Positions 13,012-29,525 of a stretch of 64,000 nt of DNA are shown here, one piece after another. How positions within the stretch are numbered: position 1 is the stretch's first letter; each line of letters begins with the position of its first letter. The translations under genes were made by a program, and so were the position numbers. The stretch is from Dictyostelium discoideum (Eukaryota), in contig CM000152.2 in the NCBI GenBank assembly GCA_000004695.1, forward strand, positions 864,001 through 928,000. Direction: 5' to 3'. Below the pieces are notes generated by a model. The model did not search any database. It worked only from the letters and a program-made list of their open reading frames with translations, and was not told the DNA's origin.

Positions 13012-13535
13012 GTTAACAAATAACACCCAACTTATACTAATATTTATTTATTCATTATTTCTCTTTACTTTTTTTTTTTTTTCTCCCTCCCAAATAAAGA
13101 CCAAGAAATCCAAATTATGCTGATACTAAAGGTACTTTAAAGGATAGTGGTAGATTCCACCCTTATACCAATGATAGAAGAGGTAATAACTTCTCTCCAC
13201 GTAGAAGATATGATGACGATCGTAGAAGTGGCGATCATCAAAGAGAAAGAGATTTCGATAATAACGATAGTGGTAGAGATAGAGATAACTATAGCAGCAG
13301 CAGCAACAGTAATAATAATAATGGTAGTAGCAGCAGTGGTAACACTAGAAAGGATGACTCTCCAAATGACGTTGTAAGTGAAAGAGAAAGAGACAGAGAT
13401 AATTCTCCAAGAGATTATAACAGTAGTAATAACGCAAATAACAACGTTGACATTCCATCTCCAACTCAAGCCAACATTGAAAATATTTCAAAAAATAACA
13501 GTGATTCCAATGACGATCAAAGAGATAGAGATTAA
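10945..13535 (+). CDS. SR-family splicing factor similar to SRSF7/9G8: RRM plus CCHC zinc knuckle plus an RD/RS/RGG-rich tail, about 459 aa. Structure is join(10945..10963, 12007..12931, 13100..13535). Intron 1 is unusually long (about 1.04 kb) and packed with micro- and minisatellites.
   Basis: Exon 1 is ATGAAGGTGTTTGTCAAAG|GTAATG (MKVFVKG, RNP2-like KVYVGNL). Exon 2, after an AG at 12005-12006, gives GISEKTNKRDIEEYFNKIGPVLNVQTGSSDFAFVDMQYERDGQELLGLQEIIISGKRVKVEKA (RRM with RNP1-like DFAFVDM). His- and Asn-runs and RDRD/RGG repeats follow, then CYNCRKSGHYARDCQE (CCHC knuckle, cf. SRSF7 CYECGEKGHYAYDCH), ending at a GTAAAT donor. Exon 3 after AAATAAAG| is the RPRNPNYADTKG...RRRYDDDRRSGD...RDRDNSPRDY tail. 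Placement of exon 1 is the least certain element. Confidence 0.6.
11409..11496. repeat. (AAT)n microsatellite of about 29 units, inside SR-gene intron 1.
   Basis: Read directly. Confidence 0.8.
11592..11740. repeat. Two adjacent minisatellites inside SR-gene intron 1: (ggatatgg/ggaaatgg)n about 75 nt, and (ggaattgg/ggatttgg)n about 55 nt.
   Basis: Read directly: atggataaatggatatggtatggacttggatgtccatggatatggatggaaatggataaatggaaatgg, then ggaattggaattggatttggattggaattggattggaattggaatg. Confidence 0.7.
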
Positions 13536-13673
13536 TTAAAATAATCTTCTTATCTCTCAATTAATAATTATTATAATAATAATAACAACAATTCAAAAAT
13601 TAAAATTTCATTTTAATTTTTATTTTTGCTTCATATTAAAAATGATTTAAAAATAAAAACATAAATAAATATA

Positions 13674-13713
<40 letters not shown>

Positions 13714-13847
13714 AAATTCCAGGTGTTGGTTTTATTGAAAATAAGATAATTTATTTACATTCACATCTCTCAAAAAAAGATAAAGAATATTGAGAGAAAA
13801 CTTTTTTTTTTTTAAAAACCAAGAATATTGAGATTTATTTTTTTTTT

Positions 13848-16319
13848 TTACAAAACTTGTAAGTTTGAATTTTCCTGATAATCTTTGTAAAAATCTAACA
13901 TTTCTTGGGTGATACCTTTTTTAACATTACCAATTGCAGAGATGAAATGAGACATATTAATTTCTTTTGCATTAATATCTTCTTTCATTGCAGCAATTGA
14001 TGCCTCACGACAAATTGAAGTTACTTCAGCACCACTGTAACCATCGGTTAGAATTGAAAGTTGATTAATGTCAATGTCTGAAGAGTGAGGAACCTTTTTT
14101 AAATGAATATTGAATATTTCTTTTCTTGCATCTAAATCTGGTGGTGAAATATAGAGAATTCTATCTATTCTACCGGCACGTAATATAGCTTTATCGATGA
14201 TATCAGGTCTATTGGTGGCACCAATGATAGTTACATTTGTCAAAGGTTGGATACCATCCATTTCGGTTAAAAGTTGAGATACCACACGTTCAACGGCACC
14301 ACTACCTTCACCACTTCTACTGATGGCCAAGCCATCGATTTCATCGAAAAATAGAATGGATGGTGAGTTTTGGCGTGCTTTTTTGAAGATATCACGTACT
14401 GCTCTTTCAGATTCACCAACCCATTTACTTAAAAGTTCAGGTCCTTTTACTGCAATGAAATTTAAACCAGATTCAGTTGCTAAAGCTTTGGCTAATAAAG
14501 TTTTACTACAACCTGGTGGACCATATAATAGAATACCTTTGGGTGGTTTGATACCCATACGAATAAATGATTGTGGATATTTTAATGGCCATTCAATGGC
14601 TTCTTTTAACTTTTGCTTAATATGCTCTTGTCCACCAATATCTCCCCAAAATACTTTAGGTATTTCAACTACAACTTCTCTCATTGATGATGGTTTAACT
14701 TGATTCAATGCCAATAACATATCATTCATTGATAATTTAATTAATGATAATAAATTTTGAAGATTTTCTTCTTGTTTTTCTTCTTTTCCTTTTTCTTCTT
14801 TTTCAATATTAATTGATTGAAATAATTTTTGATTTTCATTTTTAATACGATTAAAACATTTTAATGATGCTTCTTTACAAAGCGATTCAATATCAGCACC
14901 AACGAAACCATGTGTTTTTGAGGCAATCATTGCTATCTCTTGTGATGTTAATTGATTTGGAATTTTTGAAAGGAAAATATTTAAAATTTGTTCTCTACCT
15001 TGTTGATTTGGAATTGATATTTCAATTTCATTATCAAATCTTCCAGGTCTTCTTAATGCTGAATCAATACTATCAGGTCTATTAGTGCAACCGATTACTA
15101 TAACTTTATCACCACCACAATTACCATTACCATTACCATTATCACCACCACCACCATCATTTTGATCACTTGTTGATACAACACCATCCATTAATGTTAA
15201 TAAACTACCAACTATACGTTTTTCAACTTCTGAACTATTATCTTCACGTTTTGGGCATAATGCATCCAATTCATCAATGAAAATGATTGAAGGTGATTTT
15301 TGTGCAGCATCTTTAAATATTTTTTGTAAAGTTTTTTCAGTCATACCATAGAATTTGTCAAGGATATCAGCACCATTGATTGTAAATAATGTTGCATTGG
15401 TTTGAGTTGCAACAATTCTTGCCAATAATGTTTTACCTGTACCTGGTGGACCATATAATAAAATACCTTTTGGTGGTTTAACTCCAAATGATTTTAATAA
15501 ATCTAATTTATAAAATGATAGATCAATTAATTCTCTAATTTGTTTAACTTGTAAATCCAAACCACCAATTGATTGAAAATTTAAATTTATATTTTTATTA
15601 TTATCAATTTTATTATTACTATTATTATTATTATTATTATTACTATTTATTGTGGATTCACAAATTAAAGTTGATTGTAAATTTGAATTAATTAATTTTA
15701 TTTTTGTTGATTCACAAATTCTAAAAATTGATTTAATAAATTCATTATCAATATTATCTTTTTTTTCTTTTAAACTTAATTTATTGAAATCTAAACTATT
15801 TATATCACAATCATCATTATTATTGCTATTATTATTACTACTATTATTTTCAATTTTATTAATTGATAATTTTAAAATTTTAAATTTTATAATATTATTG
15901 CTTAGATGAATTGTAAAGGAATTTTGAGGAATGAAATATCTACCAATGATTTGTGATAAAATTAAAGTTTCAAGCATACCAAATGATTGAAGTGATTGTA
16001 CATATTGTTGTTGTGATATTGTTTCACATTGAATTTCTAAATATCTACAATCTAATTTCGGATATATATTTGAAATTAAAAGATTGTTTGATACGGTATT
16101 TACAGATTGAAATGGTGTTTTAAATAAATAAACATAGTCACCAATTTTAACATTACAATTCTCTCTTTGAATTGAATCTAATTGAATATGTTGTGTTGAT
16201 AGTTTTTGTAATGGCCATGCTGTCATTATTGAACAGTTACTACCACTACTATTTATATCTTTATTATTACAATTAAAATAATTCCATGGTATTTCTGAAT
16301 TATTATTATTATTGTTTTC

Positions 16320-16370
<51 letters not shown>

Positions 16371-16508
16371 GTTTACTGGAACTATGTAAATTATATCACC
16401 TATTGTAATTTCATTATTTTGCATACACCTAATACTTATATACCCAACTGACGTTTTTTTAATTTGTTTATACGGTTGATCTTCAACCAATAGTTTAATT
16501 AACGACAT
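13848..16508 (-). CDS. Type II AAA+ ATPase with two complete AAA domains, CDC48 family; the best match is AFG2/SPATA5 (Drg1)-like. 886 aa, single exon.
   Basis: D1 has Walker A LLYGPPGTGKT and Walker B IIFIDELDAL. D2 has Walker A LLYGPPGCSKT and Walker B ILFFDEIDGL plus the second region of homology (ATNRPD..D.A..R.GR.D). An N-terminal double-psi-like domain is interrupted by poly-Asn. A GGGGDNGNGNGNCGG insertion sits in D1. Confidence 0.65.
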
Positions 16509-16881
16509 TGTTATTTTAAAAAATGAGTTAAAAAATGATTTTCGTGTTTTTTTTTTTTTTTTTTTTGGGTGTGGAAAAAAAAAAAATAAAATAAAAAAAA
16601 TAAAAAAAAAAAGTGGAATTTTATTTTTAGATTCATTATTTAAATGAAAATTCCATGTTTAAAATTTTATCTCAGTTTTGTTAGTGAAATAAAATTCCAA
16701 AAAATTAAATTACATTATTTTTAATTTTTGTGTATTTTTTAATTTAATTAAATAATTAATAATAATAATAATAATAATTATTAATTATTAATTTTTTAAC
16801 AAACTGGAATGATTTTTAAAATATAAAACAAAATATTTTGTTTTTATTTAATTTATTTGTAATTTAAAAAATTAAAAAATT

Positions 16882-17322
16882 CTATGCCGAGATAAAAATA
16901 TTTTGAACCCAGAGACGAGCAGCATGATCACCTTTGTTGATATAACCAAAGTGATAACTTTTACCAGGAGCAATTGAAACATAACTAGCCATATTAATAT
17001 AGAAACCATTTAATTGAGCACCCCAAATTTGACCAGCATTTAACTTAGCATCAGTTGCAATAACAATATCTTTAATTGTACGATGAGTATGATTAATAAC
17101 TTCAACATCAACTTTAACACTTGGACCATCAGCACCGTCAACCCAACGTTCAGTTACAGTTTGAACAATTGTTAATTCTTCACAAACATAAACACATTTG
17201 AAAATACCATTATCACAAATACATGAGTGACCTGGTAAACAAGCATATTTACCACATTGGAAATTTGCAGAAGTAACACTAATAGCTAACAAAGCTAATA
17301 AAATTGCAATTAAATATTTCAT
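16882..17322 (-). CDS. Small secreted Cys-rich CBM49-like protein (146 aa), paralog of 2013..2453 in opposite orientation.
   Basis: MKYLIAILLALLAISVTSANFQCGKYACLPGHSCICDNGIFKCVYVCEEL...; same domain order and about 85% identity to the other paralogs. Confidence 0.85.
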   Translation of the reverse strand: MKYLIAILLALLAISVTSANFQCGKYACLPGHSCICDNGIFKCVYVCEELTIVQTVTERWVDGADGPSVKVDVEVINHTHRTIKDIVIATDAKLNAGQIWGAQLNGFYINMASYVSIAPGKSYHFGYINKGDHAARLWVQNIFISA

Positions 17323-17548
17323 TTTTTTTCCCTTATTAAAAAATATTATATTTTAATTATTTATTTTGAATGAAATTTTATATTTAAATTTTTAATTTAT
17401 ACAATTTTTTTAAAATAGAAAAAATAATACTTTAATTAATTCATTTATAAACAAAAAATTAATAATTGAACCCCAATAATTAATCTATAAAAAAAAAATT
17501 AAAGTTTTTAGCAAAAAATACAAAACATTCTACAAACAATTTAATGAT

Positions 17549-17596
17549 ATGATAAAATATGGTATCATGATAATAAATGATACCATATTTTATCAT
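17549..17596. promoter_or_regulatory. Perfect 19-bp inverted repeat with a 10-nt spacer (atgataaaatatggtatca / tgataataaa / tgataccatattttatcat). It lies about 230 bp upstream of the CBM49-like gene 16882..17322.
   Basis: Read directly: the two arms are exact reverse complements. Confidence 0.6.
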
Positions 17597-17847
17597 ATTA
17601 TAAGATAGTGAAACCTCCCAATCTCATATATTCCTATCATACAAAAATTTTAAAAAAATAATTTTAATTTTCAAATACAAAACTAAACAAAGATTAAATT
17701 TATTAATTTCAAAATTCACATGAAAAAAAAGAAATTCAAAAAAAAAAATTTTATTATGAATATAACAAAATATTTATTTTTTATAGTTTTATTAATTTTT
17801 AAAAATAAAAAAATTAAAATTTTCCTTTGTTTTAAATTTAGAAGTTT

Positions 17848-17884
<37 letters not shown>

Positions 17885-17958
17885 TTTTTTTTTCTAAACA
17901 ATAATTTTAATATTTGTTATATTTTAAAATTTAAATTAATAAAATTTAAAATATTTAT

Positions 17959-18399
17959 TTATTTTGAGATATAAATGTTTTGAACCCAGAGATGAGCAGC
18001 ATGATCACCTTTGTTGATATAACCAAAATTGTGAGTTTTGTATGGAGCAATTGAAACATAACTAGCCATATTTAATAAGAAACCATTTAATTGAGCACCC
18101 CAAATTTGACCAACATTTAATTTTACATCAGTGGCAATAACAATATCTTTAATAGTATGTGGAGAATGATTAAAAGCTGTAACATTAACTTTAACACTTG
18201 GACCTTCAGCACCGTCAACCCAACTATCAGTAATAGTTTGAGTGATCACTAATTCTTCACAAACATAAACACATCTATAAACTCCATTATCACAAATACA
18301 AGTATGACCTGGTAAACAAGCATATCTACCACATTGGTAATGAGCAGAAGTAACACTAACAGCTAATAAAGCTAATAAAATTGCAATCAAATATTTCAT
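17959..18399 (-). CDS. Small secreted Cys-rich CBM49-like protein (146 aa), tandem paralog of 16882..17322.
   Basis: MKYLIAILLALLAVSVTSAHYQCGRYACLPGHTCICDNGVYRCVYVCEEL...; complete ORF, same family. Confidence 0.85.
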   Translation of the reverse strand: MKYLIAILLALLAVSVTSAHYQCGRYACLPGHTCICDNGVYRCVYVCEELVITQTITDSWVDGAEGPSVKVNVTAFNHSPHTIKDIVIATDVKLNVGQIWGAQLNGFLLNMASYVSIAPYKTHNFGYINKGDHAAHLWVQNIYISK

Positions 18400-19101
18400 T
18401 TTCCTTTTCTTATTTATTTTATTAATTAATTAAAAAAAAAAATAAAAAAAAAAAACTTCTTTCTTTTTATAAGAACCTTTTTCAAAAAAAAAAAAAATAA
18501 AAAAAAAAATAAAATTGGTACGACATATAAATATAAAATAATATAATAAAGCCCCATAATTTATCTATATAAAATATACAAAGTTATATGTATTAATTTG
18601 TGTTTTTATTAAGATTCTTTAATCTATTAAATATAGATTATCTTTTATTTTTTTCACCCCTCTCTTTGTATTTCCATCATGAATTTTAACCATATATATA
18701 TATATATAATTAAAACAAGCAAAAATGAAAAATAATAAAAACAATGAAAAAAAAAAAAAAAAAAAAGTGTGGTGCTATAATAATAAATACAAGATGATGA
18801 ATGATTATCAATTAAATCTTATAAAAATATAAACAAATATTAAATAAATAAACAAAACACCAACAGTTTACAAAACAATACAAAGCTTTCTTTTTTTTAA
18901 TTTTATTTTATTTTATATTTTATTTATATAATTTAAAAAAAAAAAAAAGATATACCAAGAATTTAATTTTTTTTTAATTTTTTTTTTTTTTTTTTATTAA
19001 TGGTTGATTTATTTACCATAATAGTACTATTTATTTATTTATATTTACAAAAAAAAAGGTATATTTATTTCTTAATAGAAATATATAATACCATTGCTAT
19101 T

Positions 19102-19711
19102 TTAATCATTATGTAAATGAGTATTTGGTTGTTGTGATTGTTGTTGTTGTTGTTGTTGTTGTTGCTGTTGCTGTTGTTGTGATTGCTGTTGTTGTTGTTG
19201 TTGATAAATTAAATTTGGTTTTAAAGATGAATAAAAACCAAATCCCCAAAAGATAGTGAAAATGAATAACATTACAGAAGAGAATAAATTGAATAGTTTT
19301 GGATTTGTAAATTGAAGACCCCATAATAATGCTAAAAACAAACCAGTTAAACCAAAAAGTGTTTTAGTACACATCCAAGTAAAGAAATCATTATTGTTAT
19401 AACCTCTTCCATCAACATTACCACCAACATAATTTGTATTACCACCATTACTGTTACTTCCAAAACCATAGCTATTTGTATTATAATAACCACCACCAGC
19501 ACCGCCACCACTACCATTATTATCAACTTGATCAGCGGTTAAAGGATTTTTTATTAAGCAATGAACGAAACCCGGTCCATTAACACCATTCAATAAATTT
19601 GGATGAGTTGATAAAAATTGATTATCAATCATTGCTCTACCATTATATATAAATAAAATTCTTTTATTATCTTGAATTTCTTTTGGATAAAACTAAATAT
19701 TCATAAAAATA

Positions 19712-19742
<31 letters not shown>

Positions 19743-20253
19743 AATATATTAATTAAAAAGTGTGTGGGAATAAAATAATACATTACATATTTTTTTAAAT
19801 CATAAACTTTTAAAATTTTAGATTGTCTAAATGTTCTATGATAAACTGTTTCTGATTGAATAATATTAATTTTAACTAAATCATCAATATCTGATGTAAA
19901 ATTCTCTTGATATGGTTCTGTTGGTCTCTCAATTGGTTGTATTATTGGAGTATCATTATCTGTTGCTGTTGCTGTTGCTGTTGTTTGTATATTACTGTTT
20001 TCATTATTACTACTTGTATTGTTACTATTACTTTCTGAAAAATCAATATTACCCAAGTTGGGGCCATTATTATTGTTATTAGTATTATTATTTATTCTAT
20101 TGTTGCTTATTGAGCTACTTCCATTTCTTGAACCACTAAGATATGATAAAAATTGTGTACCTGGTCTACTCCAAAAAAAGAATGTGATGAGAGATATAAT
20201 AATTGAAAAGAATAAGATAGAATCAAAATTTTGATTCAAAACTTCTGGTGTAT

Positions 20254-20257
<4 letters not shown>
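19102..20257 (-). CDS. Predicted membrane protein of unknown function, about 353 aa. Structure is join(19102..19692, 19787..20257). It has an N-terminal TM helix, an Asn-rich region, two C-terminal TM helices and a poly-Gln tail.
   Basis: The 196-aa ORF (MDTPEVLNQNFDSILFFSIIISLITFFFW...) runs to ...VYDLKKY. A GTAATG donor (forward 19781-19786 = cattac) and an ...ATTTAG acceptor (forward 19693-19698 = ctaaat) give a 94-nt intron in phase 0. The junction continues FYPKEIQDNKRILFIYNGRAMIDNQFLSTHPN..., which is the 176-aa ORF frame. Confidence 0.6.
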
Positions 20258-20290
<33 letters not shown>

Positions 20291-21093
20291 TAATTTTCAC
20301 CTTTTCTTATTTTCTTTTTTGTTTTTTTTTTTTTTTTTTTTTTTTATTTATCTGAAATGCATTGAAAGCAATAAAAAAATAAATAAATAAAAAAAAAGTT
20401 TGTATGTGTAGATAAAAAAAAAAAAAGAAAACAAAAAATAAAAAATTATATGAATTGTATAAATTAAATTAAAAAAAAAAAATAAAAATAAAAATAAAAA
20501 TTAAAAAAAAATTAAAAAAAAAAAAAAAAAAAAAAAGTAAAATAAAAAAACAAAAAAAAAAAAAAAATAGACTTTTAAAAAATTTACAAATATATTCGTT
20601 GATCAATTATTTATTTTTTTGATATAACAGTTTTGGATATTTATTTTTATTAAATATTAATATTTATTTATTTATATTTTCTTTTTTTTTTAAATTAATA
20701 CTTTTTCTATTTTTTTTTTTTTTAAAAATTTATTTTTTAATTTATTTTTTTTTTTTTTTTTTTTTTTTTAATTTTGTGTGTAAAAATATTTATTTTTTAT
20801 TACTTTTTAATTTTTATTCAATTCCTTTTTTGTGTGTGTAAAATTAATTATAAAAAAAAAAAAAAAAAAATAACATTTCTAATTTTTTTATTTTTTTATT
20901 TTATTTTATTTTTGGATTTAAAATATCTCTGCCGAATTTTCTAAAATTTTTTTTTTTTATTTAAAAATTTTAGACCAACGCCAAAAAAAAAAGAAATAAA
21001 AAAAAAATAAAAAAAAACCTTCAAAAAAAAAAAAAAAAAAAAACAAAAACAAAAAAAAAAAAAAAAAAAGTCAGAACAAATTAAAATTATACA

Positions 21094-22826
<1,733 letters not shown>

Positions 22827-22938
22827 TAAACATAAATTAACCAATAAATTAAAAATAATAGTAATGTGTATACAAAAAAAAAAAAAAAAGACCAACCAAA
22901 CTTTTTGTTTTTTTTATTTTTATTTTTTTTTGCTTTTT

Positions 22939-22989
<51 letters not shown>

Positions 22990-23013
22990 CTTTCATATGA
23001 AACTAATCAAAAA

Positions 23014-24030
23014 ATGGATAAAATAAATAATAACAATAAAAAGATAAATAGAGCTAATATTAGCTCATTTATTTTATTTTTTATATGTATATTATCAATT
23101 GGTATATTATTATTCTTTAATGGGTTCTTATTGATGAGATTTGAACTACCATTAAAAAGTCAATGTAATCAATCACCATTACCAAATTATGATGCTATCA
23201 ATAATAATAATTTAAATAATAATAATAATAATGGATGTTGGATGAATAAAACCTATAATAAAGCAGTTATTGTAGTGATTGATGCATTAAGATATGATTT
23301 TGTAGCTAGACAACCAATTTCAAATGGCAGTAGTGGTGGTGGTGGTGATTCAACTTCAATTTATTTTCATAATAGATTAACTTCAATTCAAAATTTAATT
23401 GATAATAAACCTGAAAATTCACTATTTTATAAATTTGTAGCTGATTCACCAACTGTTACAATGCAAAGAATTAAAGGAATTACAACTGGTTCATTACCAA
23501 CATTTATTGATGTTGGTTCAAATTTTGGTGGTGATGCAATCGTTGAAGATAGTTTAGTTAATCAATTATCATTTTTTGATAATCATAATAATAATAATAG
23601 CAGCAATAATAATCATAATAATAATAATAATAAAAATGATAATAATGATAATGATGAAAAAGTAGGAAAATTTAGAAATAAAGTAATTTTCATTGGTGAT
23701 GATACTTGGGTAGGACTTTTTCCGAATCATTTTTATGCAGAGTATCCTTATCCATCATTTAATGTAAAAGATATTGATACTGTTGATAATGGTGTTTTAG
23801 AACATCTTTTACCAACAATTACAAAATTAAATGATGAATGGGATGTTGCAATCGCTCATCTTTTAGGTGTTGATCATGTTGGTCATACCTATGGTCCTTA
23901 TCACCCTGAAATGATTAGAAAATTAAATCAAATGGATGAATTCCTTTTATCTGTAAGTTTTTAATAAAATATATATATATATTAAAAAATTAAAAAAATT
24001 AAAGTGAGTATGTGTTCTAATATAATCATT

Positions 24031-24067
<37 letters not shown>

Positions 24068-26500
24068 CAAAAAAAGATTATAAATAATATTAAAAATGAT
24101 ACTTTATTTATATTAATGGGTGATCATGGTATGACAACAGATGGAAATCATGGTGGTGCATCATTATTGGAGACTGAAGCAGCTTTGTTTATGTATTCAC
24201 CAGGAATAAAGATTAATAGTTCAAATAGTATTCCAAAGGAAATTTTAAAATCTAGATTATCATCAGTACCATTTGATCATTATGATAGCAATAATGATAA
24301 TATTAATAATAATAATAATAATAATAATAATGACAATAATCAAATAGTACGTGATATTAGTCAAATTGATTTAGTATCAACATTATCATTAGCATTAGGT
24401 GTACCAATTCCATTTGGTAATCTTGGTAGTATAATTCCTGAACTTTTCTTTAGTAGTGGTGGTGAAAATATTGAAAATCAATGGAATAATTTATTTAATG
24501 CATTAAGAATTAATACTTTTCAAATTAAAAGATATATTGAAGAATATTCAAAAATTTCAAAAGAATTTCCAATTTCAAAATTACAACATTTTGATCAACT
24601 TTTAAAAACAACAGAAGATTTATTTAATAAATATCAAAATAGTGCTACCAATACCATTAATCCAATTGATATCTATAAAGGTTATATTCAATATCATCAA
24701 GAAGTAATTGAATTATGTAGAAATATTTGGGCAACATTTGATTTATTCTCAATGGATTGTGGTATATTGTTAATTTTATTATCAATTATTTCAATCATAT
24801 TTTTTATTGTAAAATTAATTTCAATTGGTGGCGGTGCTGCTGGTGCTGGTGAAACTATTAAATTCCCGATAAAGTCAATTGGAATTTCAATTGGATTTGG
24901 TTTAATCATATCAACTATTACAAATATAACATTATCAAAAATGAATTTATCAGATAAATATTCATCACAAACAATTACACTTACAATTCCATCAATAATT
25001 TCAATAATTTGTTTTATTTATAAATTAAAATCTATACCAATAATATCAACAACAACAACAACATCATCTTCTTCAAATTTAACATTTATTTCACAATTAA
25101 AATCATTTTATTTATATATAATTAAATCAATTTCAATTTTTAAAATTATTACAACAATTTTACCTATTGCTACATTTATTTTACATGGAGTATCATTTTA
25201 TTCAAATAGTTTTATAGAAGCTCAACAAGGTGTTGTTTACTTTTTCTTGGTTAGTAATATTTTATTACTTTTAATAAATTCATTTAAAAATAAATTAAAA
25301 TGGTCATTAAATGATACTTTATTATCAATTGGTACCTTTATTTCATTATTTTTATCATCACCATTAATTTGGAATTTTAAATTCTCTTCATTATTTATAC
25401 CAAATTTAAATGAAACCAATGGAGATAATATTTTTTCAAATCTTTTTGAAACATTTTGGGTATTACCATTAATTTTCATATTATGGAGAAACATTATTTT
25501 CAAACAAACTTCAACAATTTCATCAATTTCAACAACACCTTTAATTCACCAAATTTTATTATCAATTTCTTTGATTTCAATTTCTTTATATTGGTATATT
25601 ATTCAACCATTAATCTCATCTAATAAATATCAATTTAATTGGATTGAAAAGAGTATTTTACCTTGGATAGTTTATTTATCATCAATAATTGGTTTATACT
25701 ATACCATAGTCAATAATAATAATAATAATAATAATAACAATAGTAGTACCACCAAAATTAATAATCCAGTTGAAAAATTATTAAAAAGATTGGTTTATAT
25801 TTGTTGTTATTTCTATTTAGTAATTTTATTATTACTTGGTGTTGAAAATTCAAAATCAACTTTATTAATGTTATCACAAGCTATTTTCATTGCTTATATA
25901 TTAATACCAACCAATATTAATAATAATAATAATTATTATTTTAAATTTATAGTTTTATCAATTATTTTTGGATTTTTATCAATTAATGATTTCTTTACAA
26001 GTGGTCATGAATATTCATTTAATAAAATTCAATTTGAATCAGCATTCATTGGTTTTGAGAATCATTTCTATTTAAGAGATGGTTTATTGGTTTTATTAAA
26101 TACTTTTTCATCACCAATATTTTTCACACTTTCATTACCAATCGTTATAATTTATACTCGTTTTTATAGATTATTAAAAATGAAACAATTGGTTATATTA
26201 TCAAATACAAAGGAGTTGTTGGAAATTGATGAAAATGAAATTCAATCATTTTTCAGTCTAAAGGATTTATTAATTTCATTCCTTTGTCAATTGGTTTTCT
26301 ATGGTTATCAAACATTACATATTTGTATCTCAGTTTATGGTTTACGTAGACATTTAATGGTTTGGCGTGTTTTTGCTCCAAAATATATTTTTGAAAGTAT
26401 TCAATTATTAATTGTTTCTTTCTTTATATTATTTTTATCAATATTAATATCATATTTTATAAATTTAAATCAAAAAAAGAATTTAATTAAAATTAAATAA
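23014..26500 (+). CDS. GPI ethanolamine-phosphate transferase of the PIG-O/GPI13 type (PIG-N/G/O alkaline-phosphatase-like superfamily), about 1120 aa. Structure is join(23014..23952, 24077..26500). It has an N-terminal TM helix, a lumenal catalytic domain and about 12 C-terminal TM helices.
   Basis: Motifs VIDALRYDF, QRIKGITTGSLPTFIDVG and HLLGVDHVGHTYGP...MIRKLNQMDEFLLS. A GTAAGT donor and an AAAAAG| acceptor are followed by IINNIKNDTLFILMGDHGMTTDGNHGG...LFMYSPG (cf. human PIG-O HLLGVDHCGH...NDTLLVVAGDHGMT), then a long polytopic hydrophobic domain. The start is the first ATG after the poly-T (MDKINNNNKKINRANISSFILFFICILSIG), not the upstream TTG of the ORF track. Confidence 0.75.
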
Positions 26501-26637
26501 AAATAAATTAAATTAAAATTTAAATAAATTTATCTTTTTTTTTTTTATTCTGTGTATTTAAATATATATATATATATCTCTATATATATTAATATATTTG
26601 AAAATTAAATTTTCTTTTATTTTTAATTTTTTTAATA

Positions 26638-29525
<2,888 letters not shown>

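Noticed and set aside
12325-13560. ORFs 12325..12579(-), 12333..12560(-), 12469..12864(+), 13137..13469(-), 13147..13377(+), 13345..13560(-).
   Set aside because: They overlap exons 2 and 3 of the SR-protein gene in other frames. They are repeat-driven (poly-Y/C, poly-V/I) with no support.
14323-15909. Plus-strand ORFs 14323..14703, 14864..15085 and 15652..15909 inside the AAA ATPase gene.
   Set aside because: They are antisense to a strongly supported, domain-complete CDS and have no conserved motifs.
18620-18645. Short palindrome taatcta/ttaaata/tagatta upstream of gene 17959..18399, as a counterpart of the 17549 hairpin.
   Set aside because: Only 7-bp arms made of A/T; such matches are expected by chance in 80% AT DNA.
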